DNA from: an uncultured delta proteobacterium
GTDB taxonomy: Bacteria; Myxococcota; Myxococcia; Myxococcales; Myxococcaceae
Length of the DNA stretch: 64,000 bases
Assembly: GCA_963776345.1 (NCBI GenBank)
Contig: CAVZMH010000018.1
Location: 96,001-160,000 of the forward strand
Direction of reading: 5' to 3'
Shown here: one piece after another, positions 44,738 through 55,687 of the stretch
Layout: every line of letters starts with the position of its first letter
How positions within the stretch are numbered: the stretch's first letter is position 1
Notes under the pieces: generated by a model
The model's database searches: none
What the model was told of the DNA's origin: nothing
Seen by the model: the letters and a program-made list of their open reading frames with translations, nothing else
Made by a program: the position numbers and the translations under genes

Positions 44738-47700
44738 CCGGGCACGCCCTCCGGCGCGGTCCCCGCCCTCCCGGGCCGCCGCCGTGACGCCAGCCACCGG
44801 CCGAACCTCTCCATGTACAGGTAGATCACCGGGGTGGTGTACAGGGTGAGCACCTGGCTGATCAGCAGGCCCCCCACGATGCTCACCCCGAGCGGCTTCC
44901 GGAGCTCGCTTCCCGTTCCGCCCTCCAGCGCCAGCGGCAGCCCGCCGAGCAGCGCCGCGAAGCTGGTCATCATGATCGGCCTGAAACGCAGCCGGCAGGC
45001 CTTCTTGATCGACTCCATCGGCGAGAGCTTCTCCTCGCGCTCGGCCACCAGCGCGAAGTCGATCATCATGATCGCGTTCTTCTTCACGATGCCGATCAGG
45101 AGGACGATCCCGATCAGCGCCACGATGTCGAACTCCATCCCGCACAGCATCAGCGCCAGGAACGCGCCCACGCCCGCCGAGGGAAGGGTGGAGAGGATGG
45201 TGATCGGGTGGATGTAGCTCTCGTAGAGGACGCCGAGCACGATGTAGACGGTGATCAGCGCGGCGAGGACCAGGATCGGCTCGTTGGCCAGGCTGTCCCG
45301 GAACTCCTGGGCCGTCCCCTGGAAGCTGGCGTGCAGCCCCCGTGGCATCCCCAGCGCGTCGGTGGCCTGACGGATGGCCTTGACCGCCGCTCCCAGCGAG
45401 TGGCCGGGCGCGGTGTCGAAGGACAGCGTGACCGAGGGGAACTGCCCCTGGTGGTTGACGGTGAGCGGAGCGGTGGTCTCCACTCGCTGCACCACGGCCG
45501 AGAGCGGCACCGGGCTCCCGGTCGCGTTGCGCACGTAGATCCGGTCCAGCGCCCGGGGGCCCTTGGCCAGAGCCGGATCGACCTCGAGGATGACCCGGTA
45601 GAGGTTCAGCTGGGTGAAGATGATCGACACCTGCCGCTGGCCGAAGGCGTCGTACAGCGTGTCGTCGATGGCCTGGGTGGAGATGCCCACCCGTGAGGCG
45701 GTGTCCCGGTCGATCTTGAGCAGCGTCACCTGCCCGTTCCCCAGCTGGTCCGTGGCCACGCTCTTCAGCTCGGGCAGCGCGCGGAGCTTCTCCAGGAGCT
45801 TCGGGGCCCACTCGGCCAGCTCGGCCGGGTCCGCGTCCTCCAGCGTGTACTGGTAGGGGGTGCGGCTGGCCCGGGTCTCGATCTGGAGGTCCTGCACCGC
45901 CTGGAGGTACGTGGAGATGCTGCCCACCTGGGCCAGCTTCGGCTGCAGCCGGGCGATGATCTGGGTCGCGGTGGCGCGGCGGTCCTCGCGGGGCTTCAGG
46001 GTGATCGAGAGCCGCCCGCTGTTGGTGGTGGGGTTGTTCCCGTCCGCGCCGATGAAGGAGGCCACCCCCGCCACGTCGGGGTCCTCGCGGACGGTCTGCA
46101 CCACCGCCTGCTGCAGCTCGGCCATCCGCCCGAAGCTCACGTCCGGCCCCGCCTCGGTGATGCCGGTGAGGAGCCCCGTGTCCTGCACCGGGAAGAACCC
46201 CTTGGGGATGATCAGCGCCAGCACCACCGTGAGGAGGAACGTTCCCACGGTGATGGCCAGGGTCAGCGGCTGGTGCCGGAGCACCCAGTCCACGCCGCGG
46301 CCGTAGGCGTCGATCACCCGCTGGTAGGTGCGCTCGCTCCAGGCGTAGAAGCGGCCCCGCTGCTCCGGCGGCGGCTCGGGCTTGAGGATCCAGGCGCACA
46401 TCATCGGCGTCAGGGTCAGCGAGAGCAGCGCCGACACGCCGATGGCCAGAGAGAGCGTGACCGCGAACTCGCGGAACAGCCGGCCGATGAGCCCGGTCAT
46501 GAAGAGCAGCGGCACCAGCACCGCCACCAGCGACACGGTGAGCGAGACGATGGTGAAGCCGATCTGCCCCGCGCCCTTGATCGCCGCCCGGAAGGGCGAC
46601 TCGCCCTCCTCGATGTAGCGGCTGATGTTCTCGATCATCACGATGGCGTCGTCCACCACGAAGCCGGTGGAGATGGTGAGCGCCATCAGCGAGAGGTTGT
46701 TGAGGCTGTACCCCAGCAGGTACATCAGCCCGAACGTGCCGATGAGGCTCAGCGGCACGGTGATCCCGGGGATGGTGGTGGCCCGGAGGTTGCGGAGGAA
46801 GAGGTAGATGACCGCCACCACCAGGATGATGGTCAGCACCAGGGTGAACTCCACGTCCGCCACGCTGGCCCGCACCGTCTCGGTCCGGTCGCTGAGGATG
46901 GAGACGTGGATGCCCTGGGGCAGGCTGGCCTCGAGCTGCGGGAGGAGCGCCTTCACCCGGTCCGCCACCGCGATGACGTTGGCCCCCGGCTGGCGCTGGA
47001 CGTTGAGGATGATCGCCCGCTGGTCGTTGGCCCATCCGGCGAGCTGCGCGTTCTCCACCCCGTCCACCGTGCCGGCCACGTCGCGGAGCCGCAGCGGCGC
47101 CCCGTTCTTGTAGGCGAGCAGCAGGGGGGCGAAGGACTTCGCGTCGCTGAGCTGGTCGTCGGTGGCCAGGGTGTATTCCTGGCGCGGGGTGTCCAGCGTT
47201 CCCTTGGGGGCGTTGATGTTCGCCGCGACCAGCGCCGTCCGGACGTCCTCCAGGGTGAGCCCGGTGCCGGCCAGCGCCTCGGGATCCACCTGCACCCGGA
47301 CCGCCGGGCGCTGCGCCCCGCCGAGCGTCACCAGTCCCACACCCGAGACCTGGCTGATCTTCTGCGCCAGGATGCTGTCGGCGTAGTCGTTGACCTGAGC
47401 GAGTGGCAGCGTCTCCGAGGTGATGGACAGGGTGAGGATGGGCACGTCCGCCGGGTTGCTCTTGCTGTAGGTGGGCGGGGCGGGGAGGTTGGCCGGGAGC
47501 ACGCTCGAGGCCGCGTTGATCGCCGCCTGCACGTCCTGCTGGGCCGAGTCGATGCTCCGGTCGAGCGTGAACTGGAGCGTGATCTGCGAGCTGGTCGCGC
47601 TGCTCACGCTGGTCATCTGCGCCAGCGAGGGGATCTGCCCGAACTGCCGCTCCAGCGGAGCCGTCACCGAGGAGGCCATGGTCTCAGCCGAGGCGCCCGG

Positions 47701-47853
47701 GAACGCGGTCGAGACCACGATGGTGGGATAGTCCACCTGGGGCAGGGCGGAGATCGGCAGCTGGCGGAAGGCCACCAGTCCCGCCAGGGTCAGGCCCACG
47801 GTGAGGAGCGTGGTGCCGACCGGCCGGCGGATGAACGGCTCGCTGATGCTCAC
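44734..47853 (-). CDS. mdtB: RND efflux permease, MdtB-like
   Basis: LPISALPQVDYP, PLERQFGQ, GFVVDDAIVMIEN, GIVKKNAIMMIDFAL, RFRPIMMT. Confidence 0.9.
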   Translation of the reverse strand: MSISEPFIRRPVGTTLLTVGLTLAGLVAFRQLPISALPQVDYPTIVVSTAFPGASAETMASSVTAPLERQFGQIPSLAQMTSVSSATSSQITLQFTLDRSIDSAQQDVQAAINAASSVLPANLPAPPTYSKSNPADVPILTLSITSETLPLAQVNDYADSILAQKISQVSGVGLVTLGGAQRPAVRVQVDPEALAGTGLTLEDVRTALVAANINAPKGTLDTPRQEYTLATDDQLSDAKSFAPLLLAYKNGAPLRLRDVAGTVDGVENAQLAGWANDQRAIILNVQRQPGANVIAVADRVKALLPQLEASLPQGIHVSILSDRTETVRASVADVEFTLVLTIILVVAVIYLFLRNLRATTIPGITVPLSLIGTFGLMYLLGYSLNNLSLMALTISTGFVVDDAIVMIENISRYIEEGESPFRAAIKGAGQIGFTIVSLTVSLVAVLVPLLFMTGLIGRLFREFAVTLSLAIGVSALLSLTLTPMMCAWILKPEPPPEQRGRFYAWSERTYQRVIDAYGRGVDWVLRHQPLTLAITVGTFLLTVVLALIIPKGFFPVQDTGLLTGITEAGPDVSFGRMAELQQAVVQTVREDPDVAGVASFIGADGNNPTTNSGRLSITLKPREDRRATATQIIARLQPKLAQVGSISTYLQAVQDLQIETRASRTPYQYTLEDADPAELAEWAPKLLEKLRALPELKSVATDQLGNGQVTLLKIDRDTASRVGISTQAIDDTLYDAFGQRQVSIIFTQLNLYRVILEVDPALAKGPRALDRIYVRNATGSPVPLSAVVQRVETTAPLTVNHQGQFPSVTLSFDTAPGHSLGAAVKAIRQATDALGMPRGLHASFQGTAQEFRDSLANEPILVLAALITVYIVLGVLYESYIHPITILSTLPSAGVGAFLALMLCGMEFDIVALIGIVLLIGIVKKNAIMMIDFALVAEREEKLSPMESIKKACRLRFRPIMMTSFAALLGGLPLALEGGTGSELRKPLGVSIVGGLLISQVLTLYTTPVIYLYMERFGRWLASRRRPGRAGTAPEGVPG

Positions 47854-49223
47854 TGCGTGCTCGCCTGGCGGGGCGCTCCCTGCTGCTGTCCAGGCCGGCC
47901 CTGCGGCTGCTGCCGCTGTTGCGGTTGCGGGCGCGCCTGCGGCTCCTGCGGGTTCGGCGCCGCCTGCCGTGGCGGTGGCTGTCCCGGCCGCTCCAGTCCC
48001 TCCGCAGGGGCCTGCTGCTGCGGGCCAGGCGGACCAGGCACCGGGACCGGCCTCGGGTCCACCTTGGCCCCGGCCCGGAGCTGGTTCTGCCCGTCCACCA
48101 CCACCCGCTCATCGGGCTGCACGCCCTGGGTGACGATGGCCAGCGGCCCCTGGATGGCGTCGACCTGGACGTTGCGCACCGTGACCGTGCTGTCCGGGCT
48201 CACCACGTAGACGAAGACGCCGCTCGGTCCCCGCTGGATGGCCGGGGTAGGGACGACCACCACGCCCTCCCGGATCTGCAGCTGCATCCGCGCCTTGACG
48301 AAGAGGCTCGGCCACAGGCGGAGGTCGGGGTTGGGGAACTCGGCCTTCAGCCGGATGGTGGCGGTGCCCGCGTTCACCTGGTTGTCGATGACCGTGAGCT
48401 TGCCCGTGCCCAGCCGGGCGAGCGCTCCCCGGTCCCAGGCCTCGACGGTGAGCGGTCCCTTGGAGAACGCCTCGGCCACCCGCGGGAGGTCGTCCTGCGG
48501 CAGGGTGAAGAGCACTGCGATGGGGTCCATCTGGGTGAGCACCACGATGCCGCTCGCGTCGGTCGGGGATACGAGATTTCCCACGTCCACCTGGCGGACG
48601 CCGGCGATGCCGTCGATGGGCGAGGTCACGCTGGCGAACTGGAGGTTCAGCCGGGCGTTGTTCGTTGCCGCCTGGTCCAGCGCCACCGTGGCCCGGGCCT
48701 GGTCCACCGTGGCCCGCTGCAGGTCCAGCTGCTGGGTCGCAATGAGCTTCTCGGAGGCCAGCTCGGTGTAGCGGGCGAGATCGCGCTGGGCGTTCTTCAG
48801 CGTCGCCACGTCGCGCTCGGTGGTGGCCTCGGCCTGCTGCAGCGCGATCTTGAACGGGCGCGGATCCAGCTGGACCAGCAGCTCGCCCGTCTTCACCCGG
48901 CTGCCCTCCTGGAAGGCGATGGAGGCGATCTGTCCGCTCACCCGTGCGCGCACGGTCACCGTGGCCAGGGAGGTGACGTTCCCCAGGCCCTCGACCCAGA
49001 TGGGCACGTCGCGGCGCTCGGCCGGGGACACGCCCACCGGGACCACCCGGGCCTGGGCGCCGGTCCCGGATTGCTGGTTCGCCGACTGCCTGCCGCGCCG
49101 CAGCAGCACGAAGCCGAGGACCGCCACCACCGCGATGCCCACCAGGATCCACGACCGGCGGCGGTGCGCCGGGGACCCGCGAGGGGGCGGAGACTGCTCG
49201 GAGGGCTTCTCGGCCACGGTCAC
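47850..49223 (-). CDS. mdtA: RND periplasmic adaptor, MdtA-like, with Pro/Gln-rich tail
   Basis: N-terminal TM, VRARVSGQI..FQEG, SPIDG..G.RQVDVGN, IDNQV..TATIRLKA. Confidence 0.9.
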   Translation of the reverse strand: MTVAEKPSEQSPPPRGSPAHRRRSWILVGIAVVAVLGFVLLRRGRQSANQQSGTGAQARVVPVGVSPAERRDVPIWVEGLGNVTSLATVTVRARVSGQIASIAFQEGSRVKTGELLVQLDPRPFKIALQQAEATTERDVATLKNAQRDLARYTELASEKLIATQQLDLQRATVDQARATVALDQAATNNARLNLQFASVTSPIDGIAGVRQVDVGNLVSPTDASGIVVLTQMDPIAVLFTLPQDDLPRVAEAFSKGPLTVEAWDRGALARLGTGKLTVIDNQVNAGTATIRLKAEFPNPDLRLWPSLFVKARMQLQIREGVVVVPTPAIQRGPSGVFVYVVSPDSTVTVRNVQVDAIQGPLAIVTQGVQPDERVVVDGQNQLRAGAKVDPRPVPVPGPPGPQQQAPAEGLERPGQPPPRQAAPNPQEPQARPQPQQRQQPQGRPGQQQGAPRQASTQ

Positions 49224-50593
49224 TCCTGCCGGCCGAGCGCCGCCAGCAGCCGGGCTCGCGCGGTGGAGAGATTGTACTGCGCCTGGACCAGCTGGGCGGC
49301 GGCGTTGGTCAGCTGCACCTGGGCGTCGCTGAGCTCGATGATGGTGCCCACCCCGGCCTGGTACCGGCCCTCGGCCAGGCGGAGCTGTTCCTTGGCGTTG
49401 TCCACCGCGTCCTGCGCCGCGACCACGCTCTCCTTGTTGCCGAGGAGCGTGGCCTCCGCCTGCTCCACGTCGAAGCGGACCTGGAGCTGCTCGCCGGTCA
49501 GCGCCGCGGTGGAGGACAGGAGGTTCTGCTCGGCCTCGCGGACCCGGCCCACGGTCAGCCCCCCCTGAAAGAGCTGCCAGGTCAGGGTGATGCCGAAGTT
49601 CCACGTGTCGTACAGGGCGCTCGGCTCGGGACCCCTCAGGGCGTAGGTGCCGCTGAGCGCGATGGTGGGACTCCAGCCCCAGCGCGTCGCATCGAGCGCC
49701 TTGCCCTGGGCCTGCCGGGCGTACTCGAACGCCGCGATCTCCGGGCGGCTGGCGAGCGCCTGGTCGAAGAGGACGGGGATCGGTCGATCCTCCACATCCA
49801 CCGGGGGGAGCTCGTCCCCGGCCACCTGGTAGTCCGTGCCCTGGGGGAGGCCCATCGCCTGGTTGAGCTGGGCCTTCGCGATGCGGTCGGCGTTCTGGGC
49901 GTTGATGAGCTGCACCCGGGCGTTGGCCACGTTCAGCCTCGCCAGGGCCAGGTCGATCTCCGGGCGGGTCCCCACGCGCACGAAGCCCGCAACTTGCTCC
50001 TGGTGGGTGATCTGGTTCTTCAGTGTCTGGTCCGCCACCGACACCAGATCTCGGGTGGCGCGCGCCAGGAAGTAGTAGGTGCGGACGTTCAGGACGACGT
50101 TGTTCAGGGTCGCGGCTGCCGTGGCGTTCAGCGACTCGGCGCTGCGCTGCTGGGACTCCCAGCTGGCCCAGCTCTGCGGGTCCCAGAGCGTCTGGCTCCC
50201 GCTCCCCCCGAAGGTCCAGGTGTTGCAGGTGCTGCTCAGGCACGCGATCTGCGAGCCTGTCCCGCTCGCGGTGGTGGGAACCTGCTGGTGGCTCCGCACG
50301 AAGGAGGCCAGGCCCGTGACCTGAGGGAGCAGAGGCGACCGGGCCTGGATGACCCGCCCCTCGGCCGCGGCGGCGTTGGCCCGCGCCTGGACCAGCAGGG
50401 GCTGGTTCTGCAGCGCGGCCTGGATGGCCTCGTCCAGATGCAACAGCCGTGGAGCGTCCGAGGGAAGCGCCGCGGGCGCCCCGGGCCGGGCCGGCGGGGC
50501 AGCTGTGCCGGCGTCCGACGCGGGCGACTGTGCCCGGGCCGTCCCCGGGGCGAAGGCAATCAGGAAGAGCAGGAGGGCGGTGCGGTTCAGCAC
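49220..50593 (-). CDS. TolC family outer membrane protein
   Basis: Signal peptide, AIQAALQNQP, RYQAGVGTIIELSDAQ; overlaps the mdtA start. Confidence 0.9.
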   Translation of the reverse strand: MLNRTALLLFLIAFAPGTARAQSPASDAGTAAPPARPGAPAALPSDAPRLLHLDEAIQAALQNQPLLVQARANAAAAEGRVIQARSPLLPQVTGLASFVRSHQQVPTTASGTGSQIACLSSTCNTWTFGGSGSQTLWDPQSWASWESQQRSAESLNATAAATLNNVVLNVRTYYFLARATRDLVSVADQTLKNQITHQEQVAGFVRVGTRPEIDLALARLNVANARVQLINAQNADRIAKAQLNQAMGLPQGTDYQVAGDELPPVDVEDRPIPVLFDQALASRPEIAAFEYARQAQGKALDATRWGWSPTIALSGTYALRGPEPSALYDTWNFGITLTWQLFQGGLTVGRVREAEQNLLSSTAALTGEQLQVRFDVEQAEATLLGNKESVVAAQDAVDNAKEQLRLAEGRYQAGVGTIIELSDAQVQLTNAAAQLVQAQYNLSTARARLLAALGRQE

Positions 50594-50805
50594 GGGCCCC
50601 TCATGCTCCAGTCGGGCCCCACGTGCACGGATTTCCTGGGAGACGTCCATGGTTCTCGAGCCTCGACACCCGGGCGGGAGAAACGTTGTGGTAGCAAGCG
50701 TCGGTTCCCCGTGCGGAGCCAGCATTCCACCCATCAGCGGAGGGGTGGGCTCGCGTCCGGGGTGGCGTTAGTACGAAGGTTCGTTCCGGAGGCCTGGGGA
50801 AGCTC

Positions 50806-53800
50806 ATGTGGATCGTCCGGCTGGCGCTGCGCCGGCCCTACACCGTGGCCGTGTTCTCGGCGTTGATCTTCATCGCCGGGCTCCTCTCGGTCACCCGGAT
50901 GCGGACCGACATCTTCCCCTCCATCGACATCCCGGTGGTCATCGTGGTGTGGAATTACCCCGGGCTCTCGGCCGAGGACATGGAGCGGCGCATCGTGCTG
51001 ATCAGCGAGCGCGCCTACTCCACGGTCATCGACGGCATCAGCCACATCGAGTCCCAGTCCATCGCCGGGGTGGGCCTGCTCAAGCTGTACTTCGAGCCCG
51101 ACGCCGACCTGGGCACCGCCATCTCGCAGATCACCTCCGTCTCGCTCACCGCGAGCCGGATCATGCCCCCCGGCATCCAGCCGCCCAACGTGCTCCGCTT
51201 CAACGCCGGCAACGTCCCGGTGGCGCAGATCACCGTCAGCAGCAACACCGCCGGTGAGCAGCAGCTCTTCGACTACGGGCTGAACTTCCTCCGGGTGCGC
51301 CTCTTCACCGTCCCCGGCACCTCCATCCCCGGCCCGTACGGGGGCAAGCAGCGGCAGATCATGGTCGACGTCGACCCGCGGGCCACCGCGGCCAAGGGGC
51401 TGAGCCCCAGCGACGTGGTCACCGCGCTCCTGCAATCCAACGTCATCATCCCCGCGGGCACCGCGCAGATCGGCTCGACCGAGTACAACGTCCGGCTGAA
51501 CTCCAGCCCCGCCACGGTCGAGCAGTTCAACGTCATCCCGGTCAAGGTGGTGAACGGGGCGCCGGTGCTCCTCCGCGACGTGGCCCACGTCCGGGACGGG
51601 TTCGCGGTCCAGAACAACATCGTCCACATCGACGGGAAGCGGGCCAGCTACATCGTCATCCTCAAGCACTCCAACGCCGGCACCCTGGCGGTGGTGGACG
51701 GGGTGAAGGGGCTGCTCCCGTCGCTCCAGGCCACCGCCCCGGACGGCATCACCCTGAAGCTCGACTTCGACCAGTCGATCTTCGTCCGCGCCGCGCTCTC
51801 CAACGTGCTCCACGAGGCGGTGATCAGCTCGATCCTGGTCTCGCTGATGATCCTCTTCTTCCTGGGGAGCTTCCGCAGCGTGGCCATCGTCTCCAGCTCC
51901 ATCCCCCTGGCCATCCTGGTGGGCATCGCCGCGCTGTTCGTCACCGGCAACACCCTCAATCTGATGACCCTGGGCGGCCTGGCCCTGGCGATCGGCATGC
52001 TGGTGGACGACGCCACCGTGGCGGTGGAGAGCATCCACCGCAACCACAGCGGCGGGAAGCGCCTCACCGTGGCCATCCTCGACGGCGCGCACGAGGTCGC
52101 CACCCCGGCGCTGGCGGCGACGCTCACCATCTGCATCGTCTTCTTCCCGGTGGTGCTGCTCACCGGGCCGGCGCGCTACCTGTTCACCCCGCTCGCGGTG
52201 GCGGTGGTGTTCTCCATGCTCGCCTCCTACGTGCTGAGCCGCACCCTGGTGCCGGCGCTGGCGCGATTGCTGGAATCGGAGGACGCCCACGCCGACACCG
52301 AGGGGAAGGGCCTCTTCGCCCGCTTCAACCGCTGGCGCGACGACCGCTTCGGACGCTTCCAGGCCGGGTACGGGCGGCTGCTGGAGGTGGGGCTCCACCA
52401 CCGGGCGTGGGTGCTGGGGACCTTCGCCGTCCTGGTGGGGGTGTCCGCCGCGCTCCCGGCCTTCGTCGGGCTGGACTTCTTCCCGGACGTGGACGCCGGC
52501 CTGATGCGGCTCCACTTCCGCGCGCCGATCGGCACCCGCATCACCGACACCGAGCGGATGGTTATCGAGGCCGAGACGAAGATCCGGGAGATCATCCCCG
52601 CCCACGAGCTCCAGGCGCTCAACGACAACATCGGCATCCCGCTCTCGTACAACCTGGCCTTCGTCTCCACCGACAACATCGGGCCGCAGGACGCCGAGAT
52701 CCTCATCTCGCTCAAGCCGGGCCACCGCCCCACGCGGGAGTACATGAAGCGGATCCGCGAGGAGCTCCCCCGGGACTTCCCCGGCAGCTCGCTCTACTTC
52801 CAGCCCGCGGACATCGTCACCCAGGTGCTCAACTTCGGGCTCCCCGCGCCCATCGACGTGGTCATCGAGTCCAACGATCTGGAGAAGGGCTTCACGGTGG
52901 GACGGCAGCTCGCCGCCCGGCTGCGGCGCATCCCGGGCATCGTCGACGTGCGCATCCCCCAGGTGCTCGACTACCCCACGCTGAACCTGGACGTGGACCG
53001 GATCCGGGCGGCGCAGGTGGGGCTCTCCCAGCGCGAGGTGGCCAACAACCTCCTCACCTCGCTCTCCAGCAGCTCGCTGGTGAACCCCAACTTCTGGCTC
53101 AGCCCCCAGAACAACGTGAACTACATCGTGGCGGTGCAGACGCCGCTCCCGCTGATGCGGAGCACCAGCGATCTGCTCGCCACGCCCCTCACCGTCCCGG
53201 GCTCGCAGCCGCTGCGGCAGACGCTGACCCGCGGTCTGACCGATTCCGCCGCTCCCGCGGGGAGCCTCTACCTCGGGACCTTCGCCCAGCTGTCTCCGGG
53301 CAGGACCCTGGCCTCGGTGAACCACTCCACCATCCAGCGGGTGGTGAACGTGCAGGCCGCTCCGGAGGGACGGGACCTCGGCTCGGTGGCCCGTGACATC
53401 CAGAAGGCCATCGACTCGCTGCAAGACCTCCCCAAGGGGATGAAGATCTCCGTCCGCGGCCAGATCGAGAGCATGCGCACCTCGTTCGGCGCGCTCGGGC
53501 TGGGGCTCATCCTGGCGGTGGTGCTGGTGTATCTCCTGATGGTGGTGCTGTTCCAGTCGTGGCTGGACCCGTTCATCATCCTCGCCGCGGTGCCGGGAGC
53601 GATGGTGGGCATCCTCTGGATGCTGGCCTTCACCGGCACCACGCTGAACGTCGAGTCCTTCATGGGCGCGATCATGGCGGTGGGCATCGCGGTGTCCAAC
53701 AGCATCCTCCTGGTGTCGTACGCCAACGAGGTCCGCAGCCAGCGCAGCCTGGGGCCCCTCGAGGCGGCGCTGGAGGCCGGGAAGGTCCGGCTCCGTCCGG

Positions 53801-54048
53801 TGCTGATGACCGCCCTGGCCATGGTGCTGGGCATGCTCCCGATGGCGCTGGCGCTGGGCGAGGGCGGCGAGCAGAACGCGCCGCTGGGCCGCGCGGTCAT
53901 CGGCGGCCTCCTGGTCGCCACCTTCGTCACCCTGTTCGTCGTCCCGGTGGTCTACTCGGTCCTCCGCAGGAAGGAGCCCGAGGCTCACCGACTCGACGAG
54001 CGCTTCCTGGAAGAGAGCCAGGGCGCCCACCCGGGAGCACTGGCATGA
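50806..54048 (+). CDS. RND efflux permease (AcrB/CusA superfamily)
   Basis: ALRRPYT, DIFPSIDIPVV, GMLVDDATV, SNSILL, RLRPVLMT, EQNAPLGRAVIGG. Confidence 0.92.
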   Translation: MWIVRLALRRPYTVAVFSALIFIAGLLSVTRMRTDIFPSIDIPVVIVVWNYPGLSAEDMERRIVLISERAYSTVIDGISHIESQSIAGVGLLKLYFEPDADLGTAISQITSVSLTASRIMPPGIQPPNVLRFNAGNVPVAQITVSSNTAGEQQLFDYGLNFLRVRLFTVPGTSIPGPYGGKQRQIMVDVDPRATAAKGLSPSDVVTALLQSNVIIPAGTAQIGSTEYNVRLNSSPATVEQFNVIPVKVVNGAPVLLRDVAHVRDGFAVQNNIVHIDGKRASYIVILKHSNAGTLAVVDGVKGLLPSLQATAPDGITLKLDFDQSIFVRAALSNVLHEAVISSILVSLMILFFLGSFRSVAIVSSSIPLAILVGIAALFVTGNTLNLMTLGGLALAIGMLVDDATVAVESIHRNHSGGKRLTVAILDGAHEVATPALAATLTICIVFFPVVLLTGPARYLFTPLAVAVVFSMLASYVLSRTLVPALARLLESEDAHADTEGKGLFARFNRWRDDRFGRFQAGYGRLLEVGLHHRAWVLGTFAVLVGVSAALPAFVGLDFFPDVDAGLMRLHFRAPIGTRITDTERMVIEAETKIREIIPAHELQALNDNIGIPLSYNLAFVSTDNIGPQDAEILISLKPGHRPTREYMKRIREELPRDFPGSSLYFQPADIVTQVLNFGLPAPIDVVIESNDLEKGFTVGRQLAARLRRIPGIVDVRIPQVLDYPTLNLDVDRIRAAQVGLSQREVANNLLTSLSSSSLVNPNFWLSPQNNVNYIVAVQTPLPLMRSTSDLLATPLTVPGSQPLRQTLTRGLTDSAAPAGSLYLGTFAQLSPGRTLASVNHSTIQRVVNVQAAPEGRDLGSVARDIQKAIDSLQDLPKGMKISVRGQIESMRTSFGALGLGLILAVVLVYLLMVVLFQSWLDPFIILAAVPGAMVGILWMLAFTGTTLNVESFMGAIMAVGIAVSNSILLVSYANEVRSQRSLGPLEAALEAGKVRLRPVLMTALAMVLGMLPMALALGEGGEQNAPLGRAVIGGLLVATFVTLFVVPVVYSVLRRKEPEAHRLDERFLEESQGAHPGALA

Positions 54049-55230
54049 CCGAGATGCACGAGGAACGGCTCCCGCCGGTCGCAGGGCCGCCGGACGCCCG
54101 GGCGCAACCGCGCCCGCGCGCGCTCACCATCGGGACCGTGGTGCTGGTGCTCGCCGCGGTCGCCGGCGTGGTGGCCATCGCCGTCGGACGGCGGGGCGCC
54201 GAGTCCAAGGAGCGCCAGGAGCGGGCCGCGGCGCAGGACCGGGGCCCCACGGTGCGGGTGGCGCCGGTGGAGATCTCCGCCGCCGACCGGACCCTGGCCA
54301 TCCCCGGCGAGGTGCGGGCATGGAACCAGGCCACCCTCTACGCCAAGGTGGCCGGGTACGTGCGCGAGGTGAAGGTGGACAAGGGGAGCCGGGTGAAGAA
54401 GGGCGACCTGCTCGCCAAGCTCGAGTCGCCCGAGACCGACCAGGCAGGTCCTCGGCGCCCGGGCCGACCTCCAGGTGAAGCAGTTCCAGGCGGACCGGCT
54501 GCGCACGCTCCGGCCCCAGGGATTCATCGCCCAGCAGGACCTGGACACTGCCGAGGGTGCGCTCTCCGTGGCCCGGGCCACGCTGCAGAGCCTGCTGGCC
54601 ACGCAGTCGTACGAGCAGCTCCGGGCTCCCTTCGACGGGGTGGTCACCGCCCGCTACGTGGACCCGGGCGCGCTGGTGGCCGCCGGCACCTCCTCGAACC
54701 AGTCGGTGCAGCCGCTCTTCGACGTCGCGGACATGAAGACCGTCCGGGTGCAGGTCTACGTCGGCCAGGACGACGCGGCGGACATCCGGAACGGCGCGCC
54801 GGTGAGCATCGCCTTGCCCGACGACCCGGGCCACCCCATCGAGGCCACCGTCACCCGGATCTCCCAGGGCGTCGACGCGCGGACTCGCACCATGCTCGTG
54901 GAGATCGACGTCCGCAACGAGCCGGTGCGGCTCTACCCCGGGAGCTACGTCAACGTCCGAATCCGGTTCCCGGGGCGCCGCACGCCGCTGGTGCCCGGAG
55001 ATGCGCTCGCCTGGCGGGGCGACGCGCTGTTCGTCGCCCGGCTCGACCCGGAGAACCGGGTGAAGCTGGTGCGGGTCCAGCCCGGCGAGGACGACGGGCG
55101 GCGGGTGCAGATCCTCTCCGGTCTGCAGGGAGGAGAGCAGGTGGTGCTCAACCCCAGCGCCGAGCTCTCCGACGGAGACCGGGTCCAGCCGCTGGTCCCG
55201 AAGGGTGGCGGCCCCGCGGCCGAGCGGTGA
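54045..55230 (+). CDS. RND periplasmic adaptor subunit (frameshift near 54445)
   Basis: TM, LYAKVAGYV..VDKGSRV in one frame; LRAPFDGVVT..VDPG, TRTMLVE in the next frame. Confidence 0.85.
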
Positions 55231-55236
55231 CGCCCC

Positions 55237-55680
55237 TCAGGCGCGGCGCACGCGGAACAGGAGCAGCGCCAGCGCCACCGGGAGCAGCGCCAGCGGCGAC
55301 CCTTGCTGGCCGCTGACGTCGAAGCAGCCGTAGCTGATCGGGGTGACGGCGCCGCCGCCGGCCACGTTCGGGTCGGTGCCCGCCTTCAGCTCGTCGATGT
55401 CCGACACGCCGTCGTGGTCGCTGTCGGTCTTCTCGGCGGTGAGCGCGTCGAGCGCGGTGTCCAGGCTGGCGATGTTCTGGGCCACCAGCCCGCGCGAGCG
55501 CATGGACACCCCGAACGGGGTGGTGACCGTGCCGAATCCGCCGGCCGGCACGTTGTGGCAGAGCGTGCAGTCCGGCGTGTACGACAGAGCGAGGTGGGTG
55601 CGGACCTCGGCGGGAAAGATGGACGAGGCATGCGCCAGTCCACCGGCGAGCACCGTGACGGCGAGGAGAGTGTGTCTCAA
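55237..55680 (-). CDS. Monoheme c-type protein with Ca-binding loop and MYXO-CTERM-like tail
   Basis: Signal peptide (AHA), CTLCH, DSDHDGVSDIDEL, C-terminal YGC...hydrophobic helix...RVRRA. TTG start inferred. Confidence 0.75.
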   Translation of the reverse strand: MRHTLLAVTVLAGGLAHASSIFPAEVRTHLALSYTPDCTLCHNVPAGGFGTVTTPFGVSMRSRGLVAQNIASLDTALDALTAEKTDSDHDGVSDIDELKAGTDPNVAGGGAVTPISYGCFDVSGQQGSPLALLPVALALLLFRVRRA

Positions 55681-55687
55681 GGCCGGA

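Noticed and set aside
41585..47853. Repeated DNA segments between 41.6-44.7 kb and 44.7-47.9 kb
   Set aside because: Explained by ordinary paralogy of mdtB and mdtC.
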